A stretch of DNA of 63,321 bases from assembly GCA_023334545.1 (NCBI GenBank), contig JAADVB010000092.1:1-63321 (forward strand), written 5' to 3'. The DNA comes from Salisapilia sapeloensis CBS 127946. Its lineage: Eukaryota; Protista; Oomycota. The notes beneath the pieces were generated by a model. The model worked only from the letters and a program-made list of their open reading frames with translations. It searched no databases and was not told the DNA's origin. Positions 1 through 11,446 of the stretch are shown in pieces. Position numbers and translations under genes: made by a program. The first letter of the stretch is position 1; each line of letters opens with the position of its first letter.

Positions 1-50
1 CGACTACCCCCTCTTCCACGTCCTCTTCCACTTTGGTTATTCGTAGACAT
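1..50 (-). CDS. 5' end of a gene running off the window; RG-rich N-terminus (MSTNNQSGRGRGRGGS...)
   Basis: ATG at 50 on the minus strand followed by 16 open codons with RG repeats; too short to classify. Confidence 0.35.
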   Translation of the reverse strand, partial: MSTNNQSGRGRGRGGS

Positions 51-577
51 CACGGCTCGCTTCTTGTTTGCTCCCGAGGTTGTTGCCAGTAGGAATCAAA
101 ATTTGGACTGAGAACACTGCTAGACTGCTAGCTCGCGCAAGATACTGATTGAAGTTGATGTGCGACTACGTGTAGTCGATGGAAAGTTTCACAGAATGAT
201 AGTTGGCGCCAACAGAATATATTGTTCAACGCAGAATTTTGGCCGAACGGTCCTCCTCTACAAATACGCGCTGTGAGATGTAAAGCTAAGCAATTAAACC
301 TTCTCAATTATACCTATGGAAGTGGCGTTTTCGGCAAGCTTGAATGGAATGAGTTCGTGATATCGTGGTCCTAGTATTTGCTCAGAAGTTCGTCAGCCGA
401 TGGAATGTGATCACGATAAAATGCCCCACTGCAAATGCATTCGATAGCTAAGAGCTTTCGACATTCGAAATTGAAAACCATCCATGCTGTAAATCGTTTT
501 CAAATGTTTCAGCTTTTATTGTTTTTATCAAAGTACCAAGTGAATCCTCCAGTTGTTGCACAAAACAGTTCGAGTAC

Positions 578-2487
578 TCATGCCCGTTCATTGCGCTTAG
601 CGTACATCTGCACTTCCTCATAAATCCGCCCTACTCGACATTACCATTAGTCTTTCTCCCAAAGCATCAATATACCAACAAAGCATACCTTTGAGGCTCT
701 CCTTGTCTAATCGCACGTTCTCAAACTTCATATCAAGGGGCTTCATCTCCACCGATTCCGACTGCGTTCGTCGGACGGGGGCCAAAAATGGATGCTCCAG
801 AGCTTGATCCACCTACAACGTACAACATAAGTATACGTGACAGCACAAACACAACTACAAGTCGACATACCGTTATCCTTGACGATGGATTAAACGCAAG
901 CATCTTCTTCAGCAGATCCAGGGAGTCTGCAGGCGCACCTGGGAACAGTTCTCGCAAATCCCTCGGCTCTTTTCTCGACAATTTACGCAAGTACTGCTTC
1001 ACTTCTCCAAGTTCACCAATATCATCTTCTCCAGGTGTCCCAATGACATTAAAGATGACATTCAGCTGGTCCAACTTGTCCGAGTATGTCGTCGGTCGAT
1101 CTGCACTCAGTGGGAAGCATGACTTTCCAGGGAACAAAGGTACTCGGTCTTGATACCGTGGACAGCTCTCCACCTGCATACTTAAGAGCTCAGCAAAGAT
1201 ACACCCGACGCTCCACATGTCCACTGCAAAGTCGTAATCCTGCAGCAAAATCAACTCTGGCGCTCGGTACCAACGAGTCACGACGTGCTTTGTGAGCTGT
1301 CGACGAAACTTTGGCGCAGCGTCGCCTGAATTCGAGGACGGTGTCGAGGAAGCACTCGCAGGCGATGGCTCTGTGGTTCCAGCGTCCGACGTCGGGGACT
1401 TGGCGTCCTTGGGAGAGTACAGATGCTGTCGTAGTTCACTCATCTTCAGCTCCGGCTCGAGCACTCGAGAGAGGCCAAAGTCGCACAGCATGAGCGTGCA
1501 GTCCTCATTCAAAAGGATGTTAGCTGGCTTGATATCCCGATGGATGACATTGGCCGAGTGGAGGTACTTGACACCGCACAGAATCTGGTACAAAAACACT
1601 TGAATATGGCGAATGGTCAGGTATTGAGGACTCATGATGAGTTTGTGCAAGTCCGTGTCGAGGAAATCGAATACAAGGTACAGATCATTGAACGTATCGT
1701 AGCTCTGTGGTGGCACGACATCGATGAGCTTGATCACCTGCGGGTGGTTCAAGTGACGGAGGATGTAGATCTCACGATACAAGCGCTTGCAGTCGATCTC
1801 CTGGTCGAACACGTTCAAGATCTTTTTGATCGCCACCTTTTTCTGCGTCACACTGTCGAAGGCTTCCGCTACATGACCGTACGATCCTTTTCCCAAGAAC
1901 CTTACGAGCGTGTACCGACTCGTGACGTCCCAATTGGCAAAGTTGTTCAGCACCAACGGCGTCGCTCTCGGGGCTGCCGATGGAGTCGTGTGGTGGGTCT
2001 TGTTCGGATCTTGTGACGCATTCGTCGCGGCGTTCGCAGGAGCTTGGCCTGCTCGAGGGGCTGGCGTCGGCATAGTCTCGTAGCTTGCCATGCTCTGTCC
2101 GTTCGCGTCCTCCATGTTCCCGGACAAGTGATTCCCGACAGCAGGTGTCGGGGGCATCTCATGCAGAGGACCGCCCGGTGTCGGCGCACTGTAGAAAGAC
2201 GCACCAAAGTTGTCTTCATTGGGGTAATCGAGCGGAGGCGTCGGGGCCGCGCCATTAGCCAAAGTCGTCTCGCCCGTGGCTGCGACGAAGGAGCTGGTGG
2301 ATGCCATGGCGTTAGGACCTTGCGCCATCGGAGGCGTGGTCCCTGCAGGGCGCACAAACTTGTTTCCGCGCTTTAGCGCACTTCCTCCGACAGGCGTAGG
2401 CGAGGATATCATTCGCCGCTTGCGATTGTTTTCGCCGGCAGTGGGAGCTGCCGGAGAATCTTGTTTGTCATTCGAAACCTGGTCCAT
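578..2487 (-). CDS. Atypical MAP kinase (TKH activation loop), 3 exons
   Basis: GKGSYG, VAIKK, HRDIKPAN, DFG, LTKHVVTRWYRAPE and DMWSVGCIF motifs. Introns 813-870 and 631-688 (GTATGT/GTATGC...TAG) restore the C-terminus ...RITVDQALEHPFL...KGRIYEEVQMYAKRNERA*. Confidence 0.93.
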
Positions 2488-2815
2488 GCTCGATACTCTT
2501 TTCCTCGTGGCTGTTCCTACGGTATCTTTCTAATGCTGAATGCTCGGTAGTCCAAGGTATCTCGCGGGAAATGAGCAGGGTACGGCAGGCCTTTTTCCAG
2601 AATGGGCCTTGCTCCACTTCGTCCTGAGGGGCAATCGACTGGGCTTTTTCTCAGACCTCCCTCCAAATCAAGCGTATACTCATTCCTAGTTGTTTCCATC
2701 CATCCAATCAAACACCGGCATCTGATAGTCATGAGCCAATCGGAGGAAGGGTGCGACCTCACTTCAACTTCGATCGATCGTCTCCAAGCAACACTTTCTA
2801 TTTCGACTTGTCCGA

Positions 2816-3196
2816 CTACAAGTCAAGTAGCGCTTCCAGGTCATCTAGCTCTGTGTCTAATGCCAACGCACTCTGTTCTTGCTGTAAAATTTCTTGTCGT
2901 GCCTTTGATTCCTGAGCTTCGCGGCGACTGTTGGCTGCCGCTTCATCCCGCTGGCGTTGAGCCTCCTGCAGCTGCTGCAATCGATCTTTTGACTTTGAAA
3001 TAGTTTCTGTACTCTGGTCCGCAGCATGTGCATCTTGAACTGCTTTCTCCAACAATGCATGCGTCGTTTGCATCTCGCGCAGTTGCTGCTGTGCATGCTG
3101 CTTCAATTGCTGAACACGGCGCAATTGAGACTCAACCTGCCTTTCTCGCGCGCCCATCTCTTCCCGTGTATGTCCATGTCCATGTGCATCTTCCAT
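2816..3196 (-). CDS. Small coiled-coil protein of unknown function (~126 aa)
   Basis: Q/E/R/A-rich helical ORF; first ATG at 3196 (the ORF-track start at 3211 is GTG). Confidence 0.6.
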   Translation of the reverse strand: MEDAHGHGHTREEMGARERQVESQLRRVQQLKQHAQQQLREMQTTHALLEKAVQDAHAADQSTETISKSKDRLQQLQEAQRQRDEAAANSRREAQESKARQEILQQEQSALALDTELDDLEALLDL

Positions 3197-3332
3197 CGCT
3201 CTCTGCGCCACGCACGTCCGCCTGTCGCCTGCGATACCAAAACGATCGTCGCTGGTCGTAAGTCTCCGGATAAAGTATCAGAAATTATGCGGATGAACAA
3301 CCAATCGTGGACAGAGACATCGAGCTCGCGTC

Positions 3333-4710
3333 ATGGCATCTCCGATGAATGATCCTGCCCGCGCTTCGCAGCCGACTGGCGAAGAAGAAGATCTGTCGTA
3401 TCGTCTGCATGCTCTAAAAGTTTGTGGCCAATGGTCCGTGCAGGATGATGGAGACGGCCATCTTTTTTACTATGACCATGCCACCAAGCAGTCGCAATGG
3501 GGTGCACCACGCGAATTAGCTGCACAAGAAGGAGACTTTATGATGGAGCTTATGCTAGTTCAAGCTCTGGCAAAGTCTGGTGGCTGGAGTGCACATGACG
3601 CAGGCAACGGTACGCTCTACTATTTTAACCGGAAAACCCGTGAGTCTGTATGGGAGCGACCGGCAGAGTGGGGCATGCCAGAAGAGCCTGAAAGTCTACC
3701 TGAGCCTATGGATATACCACCTCCACCTCCTGAGCCACCAGTGGAGGAGAAGGCATCAGAACCTACATCTGAAGAAGAAGAAGAGGAAGAAGTGGAACTA
3801 ACAGAGGAAGAGATTCAGCAAGCGAAAGAAAAAGAAGAGAAGGCTGCCAAGCTCCGACACGAGTTTCAAGAACTGTTACGAGAGAAGAAGATCATGCCGT
3901 TCACCAAATGGTCAGTGGCACTTCCAAAAATCATCAACGACATGCGTTTCCAAGCGATCCCAACGTCCGTATCCCTGTTTATTCGTCCCTCTACACTACT
4001 AAACTATTCTGTTTGTACCTAATAGAATGGACGAGCGTCGTGCAGTCTTTGAAGACTTTGTCGCACATCGACGAGAAGAGCTTAAAGGAGAGAAGAAACA
4101 GCGACTGGATTCGGCAAAGAAAGACTTTGCCAAGCTCCTACAACAGTATCTCCGGCCATCCTTGCTGTCGTGCATTGTCAACGACACAAAGCCATTGTCA
4201 AAGTGGGTGAACGGGCAACGTTTATCCGTGATACTAGCTACCATGCATCAAGACAAGGGAGAGGAAGAGTACAAGCAGATCCAGACCAACGTTCTGGACT
4301 ATCTTCCGATGAAAAGCCAAGACAAGGTCGTGTCAAAAGTAGTCAAGGAGCTAGAGGAAGAAGGGAAGAGCGTGCAAGAGCAGATTAAATACGTCGAGAA
4401 GGAACTAGAAAAGCTCGTATCGAAAGAAGGGCGACAGAACGTATCGTTCGAGACACCTCGTGTCCAGAAACTGCTGCATCAAGTCGTCCCGAGAGGAGAA
4501 AATAATGATCAGATTTTATCGTTCGAGCAACAGCGTCAACTATTCCGTCGAGTCGTGCCACCTGGTGGGAAGACAGAACACAACCATGCGCAGGAGCGGT
4601 CGTACTACGGTCCATCTCATTCATCCAGCCGTCGCCGGAGTCCAAGTCCACGACATCGAAGACGATCTCATCGCTCTCGATCTCGATCCAGATCACAAAG
4701 TCGGAGGTAA
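3333..4710 (+). CDS. WW-WW/FF domain protein (Prp40/TCERG1-like) with an RS-rich tail
   Basis: Two WW domains (W..YY..T..SQW..P; W..YYFN..T..S.WE.P) and an FF domain (FQELLREKKI...KW...LPKI...RF...ERRAVFEDF) joined across intron 3965-4025; C-terminal RSRSRSQSRR. Confidence 0.85.
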
Positions 4711-4756
4711 CACGACGGAATCCTCTTTCAAAGTAAAAACATGTTGCTTCATTTTT

Positions 4757-7111
4757 CTATTCCGTTGCTGAAGTCGACGCATCGCTCGAGTCGTTTGAAA
4801 AGTCGACTGTCCGAAGTACGTACTGTGGTTCATCCACGATTTTCATCACGGCCTGGACACCATAGTCCAGCGGGATGGAGTAGATGCCATCCATATTCAC
4901 TTGCATATCCCATCCGAGTGATCTCACCGACACCCGTCGAGAGTTTCCTCGCCGGAATCGAATGTCGCCAAACGTCTCGTTGATGATCGGCTCTCGAACG
5001 ACAAAGCCCATGTCGAGCGAATCTTCCGGGAAGATGTGTGCCTTATTAAACCTACTTGCATCGTCAATACCTCTTTGAATAAGCTTATTTAGCAAGGTCG
5101 TACGCTTCTGTGAGTTCCGTCACCGTCTCATTCGTATGCGTATGACCCATGGCGCCAAGGACATTGTCCACTTGCTCCCGATACATCTGAGACTATGTGG
5201 TCATTAGCATCTACACGCCTAACGTATATAAAGAAAGAGTGTACAGCAGAGTAATGCCATGCGCTGGATCCTGTGCCGGTGGAAATGATGATGCCACTAC
5301 TCCGATGCGTCTCACGCTGGTGCTGATCCACGCCAATATTATAATGAGAAGGCCTCGACGCATCGCTCTCGGCGATAAACACTTCGTTCAAAGCGTATCG
5401 AGGGAGTTCATGCCAGAATCCGTCCTGGTTGACCATACCCACTCGAATCCGCTGTCGAACGCGCCATTGGAAATCGCCTGCTAACAGTCGATCTAATGCC
5501 ACCTTGAACCGGTGCATCGCACTGTCCACCCGATAGCAGCAGAGGTTGCCTTCGCTACGAGCTGGATCTGTGTTCAAGCCAGCAATCGGCAGCTCTCGAT
5601 TAATAAAGCTCGCCGCCTTTAGGAACGTACCGTCTCCACCTGCGGAGAACACCATGTCTGCATCATCAAACGTCGTGTCCGTCAAGTCATTCGCGTTCAC
5701 GACTTTAACGGAAATCCCATTCTCTGATAAACTGTATCATAGCATCAGTACATGCACACGTACAAACTGTACTATGATCCTACCTAGACGTGATATCATC
5801 AATCGCAGCCACATGGTGCTCATGACTCGCTCGTAGACGCTCGTAGACAAACCCTCGCATGGACATTTGCTTCCTCAACTCTTCTCTGCAAGCTCAAAAC
5901 ATAAGTGACATACGATACATTAATACGACCAGAGCCTACCCTGTGTAGCCATTCAACGCGCACTCGTGCTGGAATCTCGTCATTTTGTTTACGACCACTG
6001 CCTTCTTTAAATTCAGCATCGGCTTCCCAGGATACAACAACGGAGACTGGTCCGAAGTGTCTTTCCACTCGGTCCAATTCGCCTTCACCTCTTTCTCATC
6101 TTCCGCAGATATTCGTTCCGTAATGGCTCCTGTCGTACGCACGATTGGTCCTTCTTCCTTCACTTTTTCCTTCGCTCGACCCTTGTACGTCGCGGCGATA
6201 TACTCTTCCGAGACGATCATACGTGGCACGCGCTCTGCGATGGCCAGAAGCATCTCGTTGTCGTACACTGGTCTCTCGATCTTCATCCATCCCTTTGGAC
6301 TGAGCTTTTCATTCCAAGGACAGACCGAACGCATGTGTGTAAAGTACGGCGCGACCTCTCCGGACTGAGGGTCGGTACGCGTATAGTGTAGAATGTGTCC
6401 GTTGTGGATCTGGTCCACCATCTGACCAGACTCTTGCAACTCTCGGAACGTATCTTGGGACATGCGCTCCAACCGCGTTCGCATGGCCCACATCACCTCT
6501 GCATGTGCGACGACGATCACCCTTTTATTAGCACATTCGCGATGAAGAGTTGACAGTAGCCTATCTGCTCGCTGTGCTACTCCTGCCAAGGACTCTCCGC
6601 CTGGAGGGGTGTAGTAAAATCGGTCTAAATCACGTCGTTTTAGCTCGTCTTGCATCTTCTGAAAGCGTTCCTTTTCCGACATGAGATCCATCTGACCCCA
6701 ATCACGCTCCCGAATGAGCATCTCGGCGTACCAGTTCGCTCCAGGAAGACCCAATCGCCCAGCAGTCTCCATCGCTCGTAAATATTCCGATACGAGGTAC
6801 CGATCGAATTGCAGCAGCCCTTCCTTCTTCAGCCATTCGCCAGCTGCCACAGCCTGCTTCCGTCCTCGGTCCGTCAGTCGCCAATTGCAACTATGACGGT
6901 GCTGGAATTCTCCATAGAAAAGGCTGTGATCGCCGTCGATGGACCGTTGGCGAGCGACATTCCCTTCGCTCTCGCCGTGACGAATGAGCACGAGGTCAGC
7001 TAATCGAGGCTCCTTAAAGTGATGGATGCTCCTCTCTTGCGTAAAGTTGCATCGAGGTCGTTTCCGCGGTAGACAAACACTCGCGGACGATCGCGAGAGC
7101 AAACGGAGCAT
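4757..7111 (-). CDS. Histidine-phosphatase (PGM-like) / NAD kinase (NADK2-type) fusion protein with a mitochondrial-type presequence, 5 exons
   Basis: LVLIRHGESEGN, PPGGES and VIVVAH (His phosphatase), then KAVVVNKMTRF, SAGGDGTFLKAAS, YALNEVF, SSGIIISTGTGSSAW and VVREPIIN (NADK2-like). Introns 5886-5939 and 5732-5783 join the domains in frame; two more introns lie near 5190-5245 and 5050-5100. Confidence 0.88.
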
Positions 7112-7225
7112 GAAAATGGGATTTGGCTGTGTGTTTGTGCGGCTCGTAGGTTCGATACTGTATCCAGGTCGTTTGTCAAGCGACCTTTGAAGATATATTT
7201 ATGACACATAAAGTATTGAAAGGAC

Positions 7226-10200
7226 ATGAAGGAGCTAGAGGATGTCCAGGATGTACTTCATCAAGCTCAGATGCGTAGTAGAGAGATCCGACAACGACTT
7301 CGCGACTTTCATCTGCCTACGAAGACCAATGGGCTGAGTAGGAATACTGTTATTACATCAAAAAGTACGAATAAAGGTATATATAAGCCAGCAAAGCGCC
7401 ATCGCGATACTTTAGATGTTTCGATGGAAATCGAGCAAATGCAGTTGCACGATTGGGATTGGAGATGGGATGTGAGGCAGATTCAATCGGAAGTGTCGCG
7501 TAGGATAGCACGGGTTGACAGAGAATTACGCGACGTTCCAAAGTTAATGAGATACTGGAATATCGGTAGTCACTCACCTCGAACTCAGGTCGTCGAAAAG
7601 CAGAAGGCTAGAAGTACACATAGTCCTCGCAGACGTGTCAATCGTGTGAAGAAGCATCCAAAGTCAGAAAGGGTAGTTAAAGCTCCTTGCATCATCTCGA
7701 AAGTTGCAAGTAGTAAACCAAAGAGTGAAGCAGCAACGACTACATCTGATCCAGAGGATGTCCACGAGTCACCAACGTTATCTGTACCTGTTCAAGATGA
7801 TCTTGCTACGGATCAACAGCAGACTGTCATCAGCGATATTATTGAATCTACTGAAGCACAAGATAATGATGAAGAAGCAAGTAAAACACAATATGATGAC
7901 GATGCTTCACGAGTTACTCGTGTAACTGATGCTCCCACTTTACCAGCTATAGATGCAGACGATAATGTGGAGAATGATCAAGTACAAGAAACTCAAAAGA
8001 AAGATATTGTAGTCTCAGAAGAAGGCTCTACAACTAATAAGACGCCTCTGGTGGAGGAAACTTCCATACGAGTGAAATTGGAGTCACACGAACCCAAAAG
8101 CTATGTTAGTAGTGAGAAAGCTACAGAAGGAGAAGATAATTCTGATGGCAAAGTGTCATATGCTGAGGTTCAGACATCCATGGACTATCCTATTGGCTTA
8201 ACCTCACCATCGTCTTTTGGCCGACAAGTGCTTTCTCAGCATCAGACGATGTCGACGTCCTCGACGTATGGAGATTTAGCAGTACTTCCATCTAACAGCC
8301 ATCGCACCAGAGGTACAAGATCTTTAAATCCAAATGTCCTAAGGCGACTATTTAATGATCTCGATACGGACCGAGACGGGTACATTAACCGCATCGAAAC
8401 TTCCGTCGCCTTGCACCGCCTCCAGATAGCTGTACCAGTAAAAAAGCTAGCTTCATTCTTTCTATACATCAATCCACCGATCCAACACTCGATAAGTTCT
8501 CGTTCGCATACGATACAATCTGAAGCCTTGATCTCAAGACAACGATCTGTTATTAATTACCAGCAATTTGTCGCTTTCGTCACAGTAGCGTTCACACAGC
8601 AGCAGCAGCGACTAGTTCGCCACATACACCAGGAACAAAGTTTAATGTCTGGAGCAATAGCAAACCCGTGGCATAGTGACTCACATCAAGAGGAGTTGAA
8701 ACAAGACGATGAAGAGGAAGCGATGGAAGAGGAGAATGAAGTACCTGTTATTGACAATGTTCTACCAGACCATAAATATGATAACGAGGTACGTACGATC
8801 GCCTTGATCTCTCGTGAAATTGGATTTGGATATAGCTTAACGGCGTATGATGCATATTGTAGGGTCTTGTGGAAGTCGTACATGACTTGCTGACAACACA
8901 TTCAAACATGCTTCACAACGTCAAGCACTTAGAATTTACTGAGTCGGAGATGGATAGAGTTATTGCAGCAGAGCAATGGCTTCAGCAATGGTTTTACTCT
9001 GTTAATGCCGACGATCATTCGCTAAATGACTGTCATCCTCAGGAGGAGGAAGTGGTATGGCCAACCTGTATTCAAGAAGAGTATCAACCGCCATCTATAT
9101 CAGAGCTAAATGATAGCAAAGAAGACGAACACTCCAGAAGTGTCGAGTTAGATAATACAGTACAGACTCCAGTGCAACCATCGATGGTTGCAAGTGAAAA
9201 GTCATTTCCAGTAGAGGAAAGTAAAGTGACCGCATTATCAAACATTGGGGCTGTAGCTGCTGCTTTTCCAGTCGATTTATCACTTTTACCCAGAAGCACA
9301 CGGTCTGTAGATATCCACCCACAGGGCAATCGCATTGCGTTGCTTGAGAGGCTGTGCAGACGTCGTCGCAACATTCAACAGCAAGCCTTTACTATTAGCA
9401 AGTACGCATCTGCTGCAGACCGTTCCTCTTTTTCAGATAGCAACCCCATTCAGGATTCAATTGCTATTGATAAAAGCGTAGACAATAAACCAATTCAGCA
9501 ATGTATGGATGCTGAGAATCAAAGCGAGATTGCCAATCAATCCATCCAGTCTGACTCTAGTGGAATTGTAAAAAGCTTTAGCTCTAGCTCCCAATCAGAA
9601 TGTGCTAGTGTACTTCCTCTTCAAACTAAACATTTTTCAGCTACTCAATGGGAATATCCTAGTACTTCTAGCCACCAAAGTAGTTCCCAGAGCAGCTCGT
9701 TAACAAGTTGTCGTAGTGATATGACAAAAAGTAGTGGCATACATGATGCAGTCTCCGACTTTCCATTAGCTACTCGAAGACAACAGAGGAGACGGAATAT
9801 ATCGAGGAGAGCAGGGTCTTCGATCAGTCGCAGTAGCTATCGAAAATCAATTGAAAGTGAGGATCTATCGGAAGGCGAAATTGAAATGACGGAATCACTT
9901 GATCTTAGTGATGGAGAACTCACTGGTCAAGATTTAGCACGCGCTGTTCGGCTGCACAATAGAAGAGTGGTAAAGCATGAGAAAAAGAAGGCGCACCAGT
10001 TCTATCGACAATCTAGTAGTGATGGAAGTAAAAGCGATTACAAAGATAGCTCGGCAGAGTCTGGGGAACTGATCAACACGGTATGTCCATGTAGTCACTT
10101 ACAGCATCACTTCGAACTTTTGGCATTTAATTAATCAATAGAGTCTTCTGCGCCGCCGTTGTCATCGAACGCTTTACTCGTCTTCTGCAGCTTCATTCGA

Positions 10201-10240
10201 GTCTGGAGAAGTCGACTATGACTATATTTCTATCGAATAG
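7226..10240 (+). CDS. Large low-complexity protein (~960 aa) with one EF-hand-like loop, 3 exons
   Basis: Two long ORFs joined by intron 8789-8862 and a last exon after intron 10081-10141; EF-hand-like DLDTDRDGYINRIE. Confidence 0.7.
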
Positions 10241-11446
10241 TAGTAGTATGCACGCTCAGATTCTTCGATCGCCTGTTTCGTTGCTTCCGTTCCTGTGATC
10301 TTCATCCTCCTAGTTGATTGTCAGTGTGCTTTTTACATGAGTGACCAAATGCTCATATTCATTTTGCATTCGGATACCTCCCGTTTCCTCCAGTCATTGC
10401 GGAGGCTTCCAATTGCTGCTCGACTTCACGCTGCATCTAGTTCGACGACAAGATTTCCGTTCAAGGAAACTAGCAACTTCTCTGTGTGCTTTTCTATGGC
10501 TATGCAAAGCTTTCAAGTGAGAAGGATGGCACTCAACTAAATCTAGCTTACTGTCACATCGATTCCTCTGTTTTATACACGCAGTCTACAGATTTCCAGA
10601 GTCGTAAAGTGCGCCGTAAAAGTAGTCTATGGACATGAAACTTAGGTCGCTCAATGATGAGCGAAGAAAGCATCTACCCGTTATTTTCTCGCCAATATTC
10701 AACTACATTCCGTCAAGCTCTCGTATATTTGATCGCGTACATGAGGAAGAGACTGGTGTAAGCTGTAGAGTCGTTTGATGATATAGGAACATGAAAAGTA
10801 GAGGTAAAGCAGTGACAATGGTCTGTTCTCGATATTAAAATAAATGAAAGCTAAGATGATACCTAGCGCACTTCTTAATATTTTGTTTCTTCGGTTTAAA
10901 GACCTCGCCGAGTCATAGCTATATAGTGCTCGCAAGCTGCTATGTGAATTTGCGTGCTCGAATGTAGCTTCAATCAAGTGATGTTGCCGCGATGGAAACC
11001 TAGATACAGCTTGGTAGCGTAATTGAGCATGTTATCCCGGCAGATGTACACCCCAAAGCTTTCCTCGCATCATTCAGACGCACATACAACTACGTTAACA
11101 AACTACAGAGCCTTTCTTACAAGACGTCCTACCATGTCAATCCACATGCCCATTTCCTCCATCCGACAGTATCAACTTCAATGACATGATCAATCTATCA
11201 AACAACCGCCTACGCGATCTACATCCTTCCTCAACACATGAAACCAGCCAGACATACAAGTACTCTCCGCTCCACTTCCATCATCCATCCACTCGTGCCT
11301 CCTATCGCCTCCTTCTCCAGTATACTTTTTCCGCGTAAGATTGTTTACACTTGCTTTCACTATGTGTATATACTTAATCGCATAGTGTTTTGGTGGTCTC
11401 GTTTTGAGGGGCTGCCATTGAACGGTCCAAAAGCGAAGAAGTGATC

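Noticed and set aside
733-870. C-terminal tail of the 584-aa MAPK ORF (CRLVVVFVLSRIL...)
   Set aside because: Read-through of intron 813-870, not a transmembrane segment.
7149-7160. GGTTCGATAC resembling a tRNA T-loop
   Set aside because: The flanks do not form a T-stem and there is no cloverleaf; it lies in a bidirectional promoter.
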